A stretch of 64,000 nt of DNA, taken from positions 68,388,001-68,452,000 of the forward strand of contig NC_045697.1 in NCBI RefSeq assembly GCF_009834535.1, written 5' to 3'. Shown piece by piece: positions 25,750 through 38,329 of this stretch. The notes beneath the pieces were generated by a model. That model did no database searches. It saw only the letters and a program-made list of their open reading frames with translations, and was not told where the DNA came from. The DNA comes from Camelus ferus (Eukaryota). Every line of letters starts with the position of its first letter. Within the stretch, counting starts at the first letter, position 1. Position numbers and translations under genes: made by a program.

Positions 25750-27713
25750 TGTTAAAAAAATAATCAGTGTCAAAGCTGCGAAAAATAAAGTAGTTTATTT
25801 GGAGTCTTTGCAATTGCAATCAGGAGACACAGATTTGGATAAAACCAAAAAAAATATTCTGGGGAAGAGAAAGATTGAAGGAATTATAAAGGCAAAAGTC
25901 ACAAGATTGTTGAAGTTGTCTAGCAAGAATTGTGATTGACTGTGACTCAGGAAAGGAAATACTTGTCCTTAAGGAGTAAGCTTCATGAGTTATTTTTAGG
26001 GTAAGTGTCTTGAGTTTCTGGGAGATATTCTAGATGCCTGTGTTAAGACAATAAGTGGTCGAAAGATTAAATTCCATCTGGGCTGAAACATACATCAGTC
26101 ACACCTCCCTAATGGCCTCCCAGCTCCCCTTTACAGAGCATTCTTTTTTAAAAAATTTTTTACTTAAAGTATAGTCAGCTTACAATGTATCAATTTCTGG
26201 TGTCCAGCATAAAGTTTCAGTCATGCATATACACACAGAAATTCCTTTTCATATTATTTTTCATTATAGGTTACAATAAGATATTGAATATAATTCCCTG
26301 TGCTATACAGTATAAGCTTGTTGTTTATCTATTTTATGTATAGCAGTCAGTATCTGCAAATCTCAATCTCACAATTTATGCCTTCTGTTCCCCTTCCCCC
26401 TCTGTAACCATAAGTTTGTTTTCTATGTCTGTGAGTCTCTGTTTTGTAAATAAGTTCATTTATGTCTTTTTTTAGATTCCACATATAAGTGATATCATAT
26501 CGTATTTTTCTTTCTCTTTCTGGCTTACTTCACTCAGAATGATGTTCTCCAGGTCCATCCATGTTGCAGCAAATGGCATTGTTTTATTATTTTTTATGGC
26601 TGAGTAGTATTTCGGTGCATAAATATACCACAGCTGCTGTATCCAGTCATCTGTCGATGGACATTTAAGTTGTTTCCATGTGTTAGCTATTGTAAATAGT
26701 GCTCCTGTGAACATTGTGGTGCATGTGTCTTTTCAAATTAGAGTTTCCTCCAGATAATGCCAAGGAGTGGGATTGCTGGATCATATGGTAAATCTATTTT
26801 TAGTTTTTTGGTGAATCTTCATACATTTATCCATAATGGCTGCACGAAACTACATTCCCACCAACAATGTAGGAGGTTTCCCTTTTCTCCTCACCCTCTC
26901 TGGCATTTATCATTTGTGGATTTTTTAATGATGGCCGTTCTGACTGGTGTGAGGTGATACCTCATTGTAGTTTTGATTTGTACTTCTCTAATAATTAGTG
27001 ATATTGAACATTTTTCATGTACCTATTGGCCATCTGTATGTCTTCATTGGAGAATTGCTTGTTTAGGTCTTCTGCCCATTTTTGGATTGAATTATTTGTT
27101 TTTTGTTATTAAGTTGTATGAGCTGTTTGTATATTATGGAGATTAAGCCCTTGTAAGTTGCATCATTTGCAAAATTTTTTCCCATTCTGTAGGTTGTCAT
27201 TTTTGTTGTTTATAGTTTCTTTTGCTGTGCAAAAACTTATAAATTTAATTAGGCCCCATTTGTTTATTTTTTCTTTTATTTCTTTGGCCTGGGTAGACTT
27301 CCCTAGGAGAACATTGCTAAGAATATGTCAGAAAATGTTTTGCCTATGTATCCTTCTAGGAGATTCATAGTATCTTGTCTTATGTTTAAGTCATTATGCC
27401 ATTTTGAGTTTATTTTTGTGTAAGGTGTGAGGGAGTGTTCCAACTTCATTGATTGACATGCAGCTGTACAGTTTTCCCAACACCACTTGCTGAAAAGACT
27501 ATCTTTTCTCCATTGTATATTCTTGCCTCTTCTGTCAAAGACTAATTGACTGTGTGTGGATTTATTTAAGGGCTCTCTATTCTATTCCATTGATCCGTAT
27601 ATCTGTTTTTGTGCCAATATCACATAGTTTTGATTACTGTAGCTCTGTAGTATTGTCCGAAGTCTGGGAGGGTTATTTCTCAATCTTTGTTCTTTTTTTG
27701 GGCATTCTTAACA
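25750..27713 (-). mobile_element. ERV-type solo LTR (~400 bp) split by an L1: main part 25750-26145, last 4 bp at 27710-27713
   Basis: Starts TGTTAA at 25750. After removing the L1 and one TSD copy it ends ...GCATTCTTAACA (inverted termini TGTTAA/TTAACA). Minus-strand AATAAA at ~25794-25799. Confidence 0.65.
26146..27699 (-). mobile_element. 5'-truncated LINE-1, 1.55 kb
   Basis: ORF 26472-26714(-) is the ORF2 C-terminus (...[20 protein letters not shown]), homologous to 4603-5163 but with a different 3' UTR. TSD GAGCATTCTT (26136-26145) / GGGCATTCTT (27700-27709). Confidence 0.95.
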
Positions 27714-28534
27714 ATACCTACTCCATTTTTATTTTCCTTTTACATCATCCATCTTCTAAAACTAGAAATCCAAAATTCTCCTTTCTATCCTTTCTATATC
27801 ACTCAGATTTCAAGTTAGTCAACAAAGGCAGTTGATTGTATCTCCTAGAGATAAGTCATTCTCTCTACCTAACATCATTGCCCTAGTCAGATCTCTTTGT
27901 TACCTAGGTTACTACAATAGCTTTGTAACATGGCTCTTTTCCGCTAATGAGGTACTAACATTACACTCATTGTTAGTGAATGCCATCAACTCCTCCTCTT
28001 TAAAACTTCTTCTGAAATGCACCATTGCCTTGTAGTATAAAATTCCAATTTCTTTGTAAGAATGTCATTCAATATTTTCCCTGGGCCTAATTACCATGGA
28101 GGTTTTTCTTTGTTTTTAACTTGAAAACATGGATAATTTCAGAAAAATAACAAATGTTATATTTATGCTCATTTTTCTTCTGAGAACACTGTTAATTATT
28201 TTTCATTAACTATTCAAATTGGTTCATTGCCTTCTCCAATTTTACTTCTGCGGTGCTACAATTTCATCTCCAACTTGCCTCCAAAGTTTTATGAATCAAT
28301 ATTTTCCCATATTATTACAGCTTCTAGGTATGCCTTTCCCTTCCCCCTTTGTTTTCACCACACCTCCCCTATGTAAATAAATAAATAAACTCATAAAACA
28401 AAATAACTTCCTAACTACTGCAAGATTTTCAACCTACATTTCAGGGACATATTGCTTCTTTTCAACTTTTGCCCCCACTCCAACAGATTTAACAACTTTT
28501 CCTCTGAGCCACCATTGTATTTTTTAATACACTT

Positions 28535-29030
28535 TATGGTAGAGTGTTTGTAAGTAGCTCCCAATGATGCCTGAGTTCTAATATGCATGTCTTTGTGTAA
28601 TCCTTTCTCTTTGAATTTCACCTGAAATACTTCTAATGAATAGAATACAGCCAAAGGTATGAAATGTTATACCCAAGTCTGAGTTACAAAACAACTCTGT
28701 CTTCCATCTTGTTAGACCTCTCATTCTCTCACTTCCTCCACTTTAAAGAAAGCTGCCATGTTGTGAAATTCTCCATGGAGAGGCTCATGTGTCAACTGAG
28801 GCAAGCCTCTGGCCAACACCTCAAGAGGAGCTAATTCTTTCAGTCCAACAACCCAAGAGGAACTGATTCCTGCCAGTGACCACATGAATGAGTCTGGAGG
28901 TGACTTCACCTCCAGTAGAGCCTAGAGATGACTGTGCTTCTGGCTGACAGTTAATTGTAGAGTGTGAGGGACCAGAGTTAGAGGACTCAGCAAAGCTAAG
29001 TTACAAATTACAATATGTTTTCTTAGTGAT
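28535..29030 (+). mobile_element. MLT1 (F/G/H-like) LTR
   Basis: GCTCCCAATGAT, CTTCTAATGAATAGAATACAGC, GCTGCCATGTTGTGA, GGAACTGATTCCTGCCAGTGACCACATGA. Confidence 0.8.
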
Positions 29031-30317
29031 TAAATTTGATACCTATCAAATAGTAAGCATAGTTGTTGTGAGACTGTACTCCAATAGTAATAGATGCTCA
29101 ATGTTACTGTTATTGTATTATTTGTCTATAGGAGTGACTTTTCTTCTTATGTATGTGATACTCAAAGGCAGGAAAAATTTCTTCATCCACTTTTGTATCA
29201 CAGAACTTAACACATAGTATTCAATAAGAAATGTTGAATTTAAAATTAATTAAGTAGTAGAAATTATGTATTATAATTACACTGTTTCTTAAAAGCAAGT
29301 ATTCAGAAATATGGAGTGCTTTGGAGTCTTAATTATTGAATGGACATTGAAGAAGCAAAACTTGGACCCCATTTATTTATTCAAAAATTAAGAGTTTTTA
29401 TTTCACAAAGCAGCTATTCTTTTTCCTTCATCTTCAAGCAATCATGGTTTCTGTGTTGGTTTCAATGTCAAGATATGTTCATTATTAATTACTTAATGTA
29501 ACTCAATGAAGAGTGAAAACAAAGTCTTCAAAGTATGTTCATGAAAGGAAAGCAAAGAAAATCCAAAGTATCACTGATGAAATGAAACTGTTGTTCTCTT
29601 TAATCCTTCTGTCCCTCACAGTTCACCATTTGTTCAAATAAAGTAAATAATATTGGGGAGCACACTGGTTTGTAATACCCCAATAATACAATTTTTATTT
29701 TTTATGAATTTAAGGCAGATTGTCATATAAAAGCTCTGCATTTTTTTGGATTATTTAACTACCTACCTTCCATATCTCTTCGCATTTTTAAAGGGAGAAC
29801 CTCCAACTCTTACTCCCACCTGTTTGTATTCTTAAGTAACAGGTCTTCTCCATGCAGACACATTGTGTCCCACCCCCTTCTAGATTTTAAGTATTCTGTG
29901 AGCAAGTCAGCTGCTCACATTCACCTACATTTTGGTCTAGATTCCAACTCCTGTAGACTAATCAAGAAATCACCAAACAGTTCTCTGACATGAGCATTTA
30001 TTTCCTCATTAATGAATCATTCATGTCAGCATGGAAACATGGTGCTATATTTCTCTTCCTTAAAAGATGTCTCTCAACCCCATTATACTGCCCTCTCCAG
30101 CTACCATTTCATTGACTGCCTCCTTTTTTTTTTTTTTTTTACCATAATACACTTCAGAAGAGCTTTCTATATTAATTTCCTTCAGTCTGTCTCCTCAAAT
30201 TCTTTCTTGTAAACATTGAATTAGGCTTTCACCCTAAATCTCCAAAGAAACTACTCTTGCCCAAGAACCAGTCATCTTTTGTTGCTAATCCAATTCTCAA
30301 TTCTCAACCCTAGTTTT

Positions 30318-30442
30318 TAAAATAGGTTATTATAAGATATTGCATATAGTTCCCTGTACTATAGAATAGATCCTTATTGTTTATCTATTTTATATATGGT
30401 AGTGTGAATCTCTTAATTCCAAATCCCAAATTTATCCCTCCC
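30318..30442 (-). mobile_element. 125-bp internal L1 3' UTR fragment with a perfect TSD and no poly(A) tail
   Basis: Homologous to ~26266-26390 of the neighbouring L1. TSD CTCAACCCTAGTTTT at 30303-30317 and 30443-30457. Confidence 0.9.
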
Positions 30443-30683
30443 CTCAACCCTAGTTTTATTTGAAGTATCACAGTCAATTAAAAATTGGACATGGTAAGTC
30501 AAACTCCATGTCTGTTCCTTCCTCCTTGAGGTATTTTCTTGGAATTAACCATATCCTGGTATTTGTTCCATATCACTAGCTACCCTATCCCAATCTATGT
30601 TTTGATCCCCTCTCATCTTCCAAGCATATTAATCTAGGAATTTCCCAGAGCTCAATCTTTGGACTTCATTTCCTCTATATCTA

Positions 30684-30957
30684 CAATGCCTAACAGAAAT
30701 ATAAGCTAAAAATATGAGCTGCAAAAGAAACAGCTGAAATTTTTTAGTAATATTTTTACTTGAATGTTTCTAGATATTGTCTTACTATTTAACAATATAG
30801 CAATATTAGTAAACTATTTTACATTCTTTTGGGCATACTTAGTCTTTGAAAATTTGGTGTATTTTTCACGCTTAACAGCACATCTCAGTTGAGGATAGCT
30901 ATATTTCAAGTGTCCAATAGCCACATGTGCTTGTGGCTATCATATTAGATAGTACAG
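30684..30957. mobile_element. MER33-like hAT-Charlie MITE
   Basis: ACAGCACATCTCA, ATTTCAAGTGTCCAATAGCCACATGTGCTTGTGGCTA..ATATTAGATAGTACAG terminus. Confidence 0.8.
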
Positions 30958-32679
30958 GTCTGTATCTCCACTCCCTTGATGTTTCCCTCCTGTTTCATGT
31001 TATTACATATCATTTATATGATGATGTCTCCCAATTTATATTACAAGGACAGATCTCTTCTCTAAAATTATACTTTTAAGCACAACTACCTACTTGATAT
31101 TTCTACTTGAGTGCTTAATACTTGTCTCAGACTTAATACATCCAAAATCAAGCTCCTGATCTTCACACATACACACAAAAAATCCCTCACTTTCCATTCT
31201 TCCTCATTTCCATTAATAACAAATGTTATAATTCCAATCATAGAGTCCAAAAAAACTTGAGCCATTCTTGATTTGATTTTACTCTCATAATCTACATTCA
31301 CTCTCATTGGCTTTACCATCAAAGTATTTCCAGACTCTGAACATTTCTCACCATCCCAGGATCAAACACTATCATTTCTTGCTTGTATTAATGTTCTAAC
31401 TTTCCAACTAATCTCCCTGTCTCCCCCTTTCCTACTTTCCAACATAGCAACCAGGGTAATCCTGTTTAAATATATCAGGTGATCTCAGCTACTTGAAATC
31501 TTCCAATGATATGCTATATCACTCCTGGTAAAACGTCTTAGACCTAAATGTCCATACTTCTTTAATTCATCTCCTGTTGCCCTTTCCCCTACTCTTTCAG
31601 ATACAGGCATATGAGCACCCTTGTTTCACTAATACAACAAAAATACAATTTTCTCTTTGCTTTGACTAGAGAGTTCTTTTTCCATATACTCATGTTGCTG
31701 GCTTTGTCCTTGAAGTCTTTACCCATATGCCTTCTCTGATTATCCTTTTAAAAATTGCTATGCCTCCCACTAGCATTTTCTTTCCTCTTTCTTTGCTTAT
31801 TTTTCTCCATAAAACTTTATCTAACTTACTATATGTTTCCTTAAGTATTTTTTAGCATCTATATTTTCTACCAGAATGAAAGCTCTATGAGGGTATTTAT
31901 ACCTGTCTTGTGAACCACATGACTACAAAGAATTCCTAATATATACCAAGGTCCCAGAAAATGTCTGTAAGTGAATATATGAATTAATTAATTAGAAGTA
32001 GAAAAAAGACCTCTTTGACTATTCTGGTATTTGCAGAACAGCTAAGTAATTGGAATAACAATTAGTTCTAGTTACTGCTTCTCATTGCCAAACTTATTAT
32101 TACTATTATATAATATTTGCATATAACTGACATCCAGAATTGTAAACAGGTAATCATTCCATTCCAAAGAGAAAAGATATCACTCAACCACTCCTTCTAT
32201 CTCTTTTGTATAGACTGAAAAATAGCTTTGAAACAGTGGCCTTGATATATGTAGTAAATGATAATTGCTCTGTTAAGAGTATAAAAGTGTCTTTAATAAA
32301 TATTATCTAAAGTAGAAATTAGAGTCCAGTAGCTCTTCATACAGAATTTAGCAATGCCTGGAGTGTAAAGGAATTTGTATGTGACCCAAAGAGCCATTTA
32401 ATTTTTTTCCAAATTCCTTCTTTTTATTTTCACGTGAGTTCTACTCATTTACTCTGGTCCCACACAAATTCCTTTTGGTTCTTGTATTCAGACTGTACTC
32501 TAGAAGCTATGGAAATATTTGGAGCATATGTAATTACAGAGGGAAACTACCAAGTATCATTTTGAGGAAAACACACGCTGATTTTAGCTAATACTCTGCA
32601 GGTTTTCTGGGCTCTCTCTTGAGCCATAAATGGTTAAAAAATAAGTCTTCTAGTTATTCTGTGTTCTATTAGAGACCTA

Positions 32680-32945
32680 GAGGTAATATGGTATAGGAGA
32701 TAAAAGCACAGACTCTGGAGACAGCATGCCCATATTCAAGTCCTAATTCTGGCCCTTACTAGATGTGTGACTTTGCGCAGGTTACTTAACCTCTCAGTGT
32801 CCCATTTTCCTCATGCACAAAATAACAGTAGCAATATCTCCTATATAGCTTTGTTGTGATAATTACATTAAATAATACATGCAAATCACTTGGAACACTG
32901 CCTAGAATGTGTACAATACCTGTTAAATAGATGTTAGCTATTATG
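32680..32945 (+). mobile_element. Near full-length MIR
   Basis: AGCACAGACTCTGGAG, TGTGTGACTTTG..CAGGTTACTTAACCTCTC, CACTTGGAACACTGCCTAG. Confidence 0.88.
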
Positions 32946-33779
32946 AATAAAATGAGGACATTTTTCACACAAAAGAAGTCGTATATACATACAGTCTGTT
33001 GAAAAATACAGAATATTCTCTGGGACACTAGTCAATTATTTGACGTAATTCAGGCTATAAAAGAAAAGGAAAAATTTTTAGTATATTACCTGATTTGTCT
33101 GTATGAAGTAATTCTTCTGGAGTAGCACTAGCAGTGTTATGCACTGAGGAACACAAATTAGATTCAAATCCCCTACTATTTAAATTAAATACCATTTATC
33201 TATTTATTTAATCATGCAATTTATTCTTCAACAATTGTTTATTAAGAGACTACAATGCTAGGTTCTAGAGAGACAATACCCAAAATATGGATCTTATATT
33301 CAAAGTGTCTGTAGTCCCAGGAGACAAAGATAAATTAAAATTTAAACACCATTAAAAACATTAGGGAATCCTGTAATCAAAATAAACGTAGGATTCCCCA
33401 GGACAAACAGACAACCACACAAGGACCCAGCCCACCCACCAACAGGCTGGCAGCAGCCCCATGCCCCTCTGGGCTATGCAGCCAATCACCAACAAGTCTG
33501 CTTCACCCTCCAGCATGCCTACAGCTACAGCACAAGGCACAGCCTCTAAAGCAACCAGGCTGGGAGCCAACCCCACCTCTCAATGTGCCCACAGTAGTAA
33601 TTCCTACCAAAGCAGAAGAACCCATGCAGGGGCCCTCTAGGGCTTATAGCTCTGGTGACCAAAGGGGAGTGCACTGCTGGGCCCCATAGAATGTTACTTA
33701 CATAGAGCCCCTTATCCAAGATCAGGATACATAATGAACCTACCTAACACATAGAAATAAACACAGAGAATTGGGCAAA

Positions 33780-34647
33780 ACGAAGAGACAGAGGAATGTT
33801 ACAAAGAAGGAACAAGACATAACCTCAGAAAAAGAACTAAGTGAAATGAAGATAAACCATCTCCCCCAAAGGATTTGAGGTAATAATCATAGAGATGCTC
33901 AACAAACTTGAAAGAAGAATAGATGAACACAGTGAGAATATCCATAGAGTCAGTAAATATAAAGAAGAACCAAACAAAGCTGAAGACTATAATAACAGAA
34001 ATTTAAAATATACTAAAAGGAATCAACAGCAGATTACATGACACAGAGGAACAGATTAGAAATCTAGAAGGCATTTTTCTTAGTGGAGATCAACCAAGCT
34101 GAACAGAAAAAAGAATAAAAAGAAATGAAGACAGTTCAAGAGACCTCTGGGACAACATCAAGCATACTAACATTTACATTAGAAGGATCCCAGAAGGACA
34201 AGTGAGAGAGAAAGAAGCAGAGAACTTATTTTAAAAAATAATAGCTGAAAAATTTCCTAACCTGGGGTAGGAAATAGACATCCAGGGTTAAGAAGCACAA
34301 GAGTCCCAAACTAAATAAACCCAAAGAGGTCCATACCAAGATACATTATAATTAAAATGGCAAAAGTTAAAAAAATCTTAAAAAACAAAAGAGAAAATTA
34401 ATTGGTTACATACAACAGAATTCCCATAAGATTATAAGCTGACTTTTCAGCAGAAACTTTGCAGGCCAGAAGGGAGAGGCATTAAATATTCAAAGTGATG
34501 GAAAGGAAAAAACACAACCAAGAACACTCTGGCAGGTTATCATTCATATTTGAAGGAGAGGTAAAGAGTTTTACAAACAAGTAAAAGCTAAAAGACTTCA
34601 GCACCACTAAACCAGTTTAACAAGAAATTTTAAAGGGACTTTTCTAA
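33780..34647 (+). pseudogene. Decayed L1 ORF1
   Basis: ACG at the expected start position, recognisable ORF1 nucleotide blocks, terminal TAA at 34645-34647. No ORF of 60 aa or more survives. Confidence 0.8.
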
Positions 34648-34927
34648 GAGGAAATAAAAGGCCACACCTAGAAATATGAAAATTATGGCAACAGAAATTT
34701 CACTGGTAAAAACAAACATACAGTAAATGTAATAGATAAACCATTTATAAAGCTAGTAGAAAAGAAAGAGTAGTAAAATTATTTATATCCACAGTAAGTA
34801 CTTAAGGGATACACAGAACAAAAAGATGTAACACATGACTTAGAAAACATTAAAGTGTGGAATAAATATGTTAAAACTGTTAAAATGCATTCAAACTTAA
34901 GAGCTTATCAGCTTAAGATAATCATTA

Positions 34928-34968
34928 ATAGATAGGTAGGTAGGTAGGCAGACAGACAGACAGACAGA
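34928..34968. repeat. Compound (TAGA)(TAGG)n(CAGA)n microsatellite
   Basis: Read directly. Confidence 0.9.
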
Positions 34969-35636
34969 CCTCTAGGAAACCACAAGAAAAATTCTTTGAT
35001 CATACACAAAAAAGAGAAAAGAATCCAAGCATAACAATAAAGACAGTCATCAAATCACAAAGGAAAAGAGCAAAAGGAGAAGGAACAAAAATGGACTATA
35101 GACATAACCAGAAAAAAGCTAACAAAATGGCAGTAAACTTATACCTATCAAAATTATTTTAAGTGGAAATGGACTAAATGCTCCAACCACATGACATACA
35201 GTAGCTGAATGGATAAAAAAACAAGATCAATATATATGCTGCCTACAAGAGACTAACTTTAAATCTAAAGGCACACACAGACTGAAAGTGAGAAAAAGGT
35301 TGGAAAAAGGTATTCCATGCAAATGGAAACAAAAAGAAAGTTGGAGTAGCAGTACTTATACTAAACAAAATATTTGTTTAAAACCATAACAAAAGACAAA
35401 GAAGGACATTACACGATAATAAAGGGATCAATCCAACAAGAAAGTATAACAATTGTGAATATATACACACTCAACATACCTAAATACATAAAGCAAAAGT
35501 TAACTAACATAAAGAGAAACTGACAGTAACATAATAATAGTAGAGGACTTTAACAATCCACTTAACTCAATGGACAGATCATCCAGACGGAAAATCAGTA
35601 AGAAAACACTGGCCTTAAATGACACATTGAATCAGA

Positions 35637-35663
35637 ACACACGTGCACGCACGCACGCACACG

Positions 35664-35697
<34 letters not shown>

Positions 35698-35712
35698 GAG
35701 AGAGAGAGAGAG
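35637..35712. repeat. Compound (CGCA)n(CA)n(TA)n(GA)n microsatellite inside the L1 EN region
   Basis: Read directly. Confidence 0.95.
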
Positions 35713-37205
35713 CATTCCATTCAAAAGCAGCAGAATACGTGTTCTTTTTATGTACATATTGAACATTCTCCAGAATAGATCACATGCTAGGACACAAAAC
35801 AAGACTCAATAAATTTTAAAAGATTGAAATCATATCAAGCATCTTTTCTGACCACAACACTATAAGACTAGAAAAAAATTACAAGAAAAAAACTATAAAA
35901 AGCACAAATATGGCAGCTAAACAATATGCTACTAAACAACTAATGGGTCACAGAAGAAATCAAAAAGGAAGTAAAAAACTAAGGGAGACAACTGAAAATG
36001 GAAACAGAATAATCTAAAATCTGTGAAATGAAGCAAATGCAGTTCTAAGAGCAGAGTTCATAGTGATAAAAGCCTATCTCAAGAAACAAGAAAAATTTCA
36101 AATAAACAACCTAACTTTATACTTAAAGGAACTAGAAAAGGAACAAATGAGTTAGAAGGAAAGAAATAAAAAAGGTCAGGTTAGAAATAAATGAAGTAGA
36201 GATTTAAGAAACAATGGAAAAGTCAATTATACTAAGAGCTGGTTCTTTGAAAAGACAAACAAAATTGACAAGCCTTTAGCCAGACTCTAAGAAAAACAGA
36301 GGGCCCAAATCAGTAAAATCAGAAATGATAAAGGAGAACTTACAATAGACACAACAGGAAAAGAAAGGATCATAAGAGATTACTATGAACAATTAGACAC
36401 CAGTAAATGAATAAATTCCTAGAAATGTACAAACTCCCAAGATTAAATTAGGAAGAAATAAAAATTTAAACATACAATTACCAATAATGAAATTGAATCA
36501 GAAATTTAAAAAAAACAAAAACTCCCAACAAACAAAAGTCCTGAATCATTTGGCTTCACATGTTAATTCTGTCAGACATTTAGAGAATCGTTAATGCCTG
36601 TCCTTCCCAAACTATTTGAAAAAAATTGAAGAGGAAAAAAATAACTTTTGAACTAATTCAACAAGACCAGCATCACTCTGATACCAAAAACAGAGAAGGA
36701 TAACACAAAAAAGAAAATTGCAGGCCATTGTTACTGAGAAACAGAGATGAAAAAGTCCTCAACAGAATATTAGCAAACCAAAGTCAACAATACACTAAAA
36801 GGATCAGACTATGATCAAGTGGTGTTTATCCCAGGAATTCAAGGACAATTCAGTATCTGCATATCAACCAATGTGAAATTGAAGAACATTAAGAAACTGA
36901 AGAATAAAACCCGTAGGATAATCTTAATAGATATAGAAGAAACTTTTGACAAAATTTAACATCAATTTATGGTAAAAACTCTCAACAAGGTGGTTATAGA
37001 GGGACATATCTCAACATAATGAAAGGCATATATGACAAGTGCACAGCTAATCATATGCAACAGTGAAAAGCTGAAAGCATTTTCTCTGTGATCCCCACTT
37101 TTATTCAACATTTTATTGGACATCATAACCACAGCTACCAGACAAGAAAAAGAAATAAAACTCTGTCACTGTTTGCAGATGACATACTATATATAGAAAA
37201 TCCTA

Positions 37206-37281
37206 TATTAAAACTCTCAGAGACCTTAAAAGAAGTTTACTGCAATGTCAACAATATTAAAAAAAAGAAAGAAAGAAAAAA
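37206..37281 (+). other. 76-bp A-tailed retroposed insert of unknown source
   Basis: 53 bp of non-L1 sequence plus a 23-bp A/GAAA tail. TSD AGAAAATCCTA (37195-37205) / AGGAAATCCTA (37282-37292). Confidence 0.8.
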
Positions 37282-37976
37282 AGGAAATCCTAAAGACACT
37301 ACCAAAAAACTTAAATTCATTAAAGTTCCTGGATACAAAGTTAATGTTCAGAAATCTCTTGTGTGTCTATGCACTAATAATGAACTATCAGAAAGAGTAA
37401 TTAAGAAGTCAATCCCATTTACATTTGCATTAAAAAGAATGAAATAACTGGGAATAAATCTAAGGCCATAAAAGACCTATTCTTCTTCTTTCTTTTTTTA
37501 CGATAAAATCTTTACTCTTGTTTCACATCTCAGGCCAATCTTCACTTACTCAGGCTATCTTTTCTGGCATCCCTAAGTTAAATTGTATTCTTTTAGTACA
37601 ATGTTCCTATCATTCATAACACTCTATGCACTTGTAACATTTTATGTATTTGCATGGTTACAGGACTAATGTTTGTGATTTGTGTTCAACACCAGAATAT
37701 AAAATCCACTAGGGATAGAATTAATCTATTCTTTCTCTCTATAGTTAACCCATTTCCTAGCACAGTGCCTGATATACTGTTGGTATTCAGCATTTTTAAA
37801 ATGGCTAGATGGAAAATCTTGATATTTGAAGAAGACAGGTCGAATATGATGCTAAGTTTTCTAATTTGAGCAGGATAGATGTTAGTAAAATCATGTATTT
37901 CAGGGGATACATAGGTTTGGTGTTAGAGACAAGATAATCAAGCAACATCTTGTAGCTGATATACCTGTATACATCT

Positions 37977-38328
37977 ACTATGGTCTAAATTGTGTCCCTA
38001 ATCCCCAAAGTGATGGTGTTTGGAGGTGAGACTTTGTTGAGGTAATTAGGTTTATATTAGGTCGTAAGGGTGGTACCCTCATGATGGGATTAGTGCTCTT
38101 AGAGGACACACCAGAGAACTTGTTCTGTCTCTGTCCATGCCATGTGAGGGTAAAGCAAGTAGGCAGCCAGCTGCAAGCCAGGAAGAGAATCCTCACTAAA
38201 ACCTGACCATGCTGGCACCCTGATCTTGGCCTTTCCAGCCTCTAGAACTGCAAGAAACCAATTTCTGTTGTTTAAGCTACTCAGTCTCTGGTATTTTGCT
38301 ATGGCAACCTTACCTGACCAGTAAGGCA
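37977..38328 (+). mobile_element. MLT1A-like solo LTR
   Basis: T(A)CTATGGTCT start, CCCTCATGATGGGATTAGTG, GCAAGCCAGGAAGAG, TTTCCAGCCTCTAGAACTG, end GTAAGGCA. Confidence 0.88.
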
Positions 38329-38329
38329 A

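Larger units (their letters stand above)
30005..31990 (+). mobile_element. Long degraded L2, interrupted by an L1 fragment and a MER33
   Basis: Pyrimidine-rich L2 body (AGGCTTTCACCC, CTACCTACTTGATATTTCTACTTG, TCTCAGACTTAATACATCCAAAA), ending ...GTGAATATATGAATTAATT. Confidence 0.75.
33360..37480 (+). mobile_element. Older LINE-1: partial 5' UTR, ORF1, ~480-bp inter-ORF spacer, ORF2 to just past the RT core; 3' part missing
   Basis: C-rich 5' UTR. ORF1 remnant (CTCTGGGACAACATCAAGC, GCTGACTTTTCAGCAGAAAC). ORF2 EN start (AATGGACTAAATGCTCCA, TGCTGCCTACAAGAGAC). FADD at 37172-37183. No tail or TSD found. Confidence 0.93.
35127..37480 (+). pseudogene. Decayed L1 ORF2 (EN to RT)
   Basis: ATG at 35127. 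Fragments MDRSSRRKISK (35570) and LSLFADDILYIENP (ORF 37088-37447). Many stops and indels. Confidence 0.88.
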
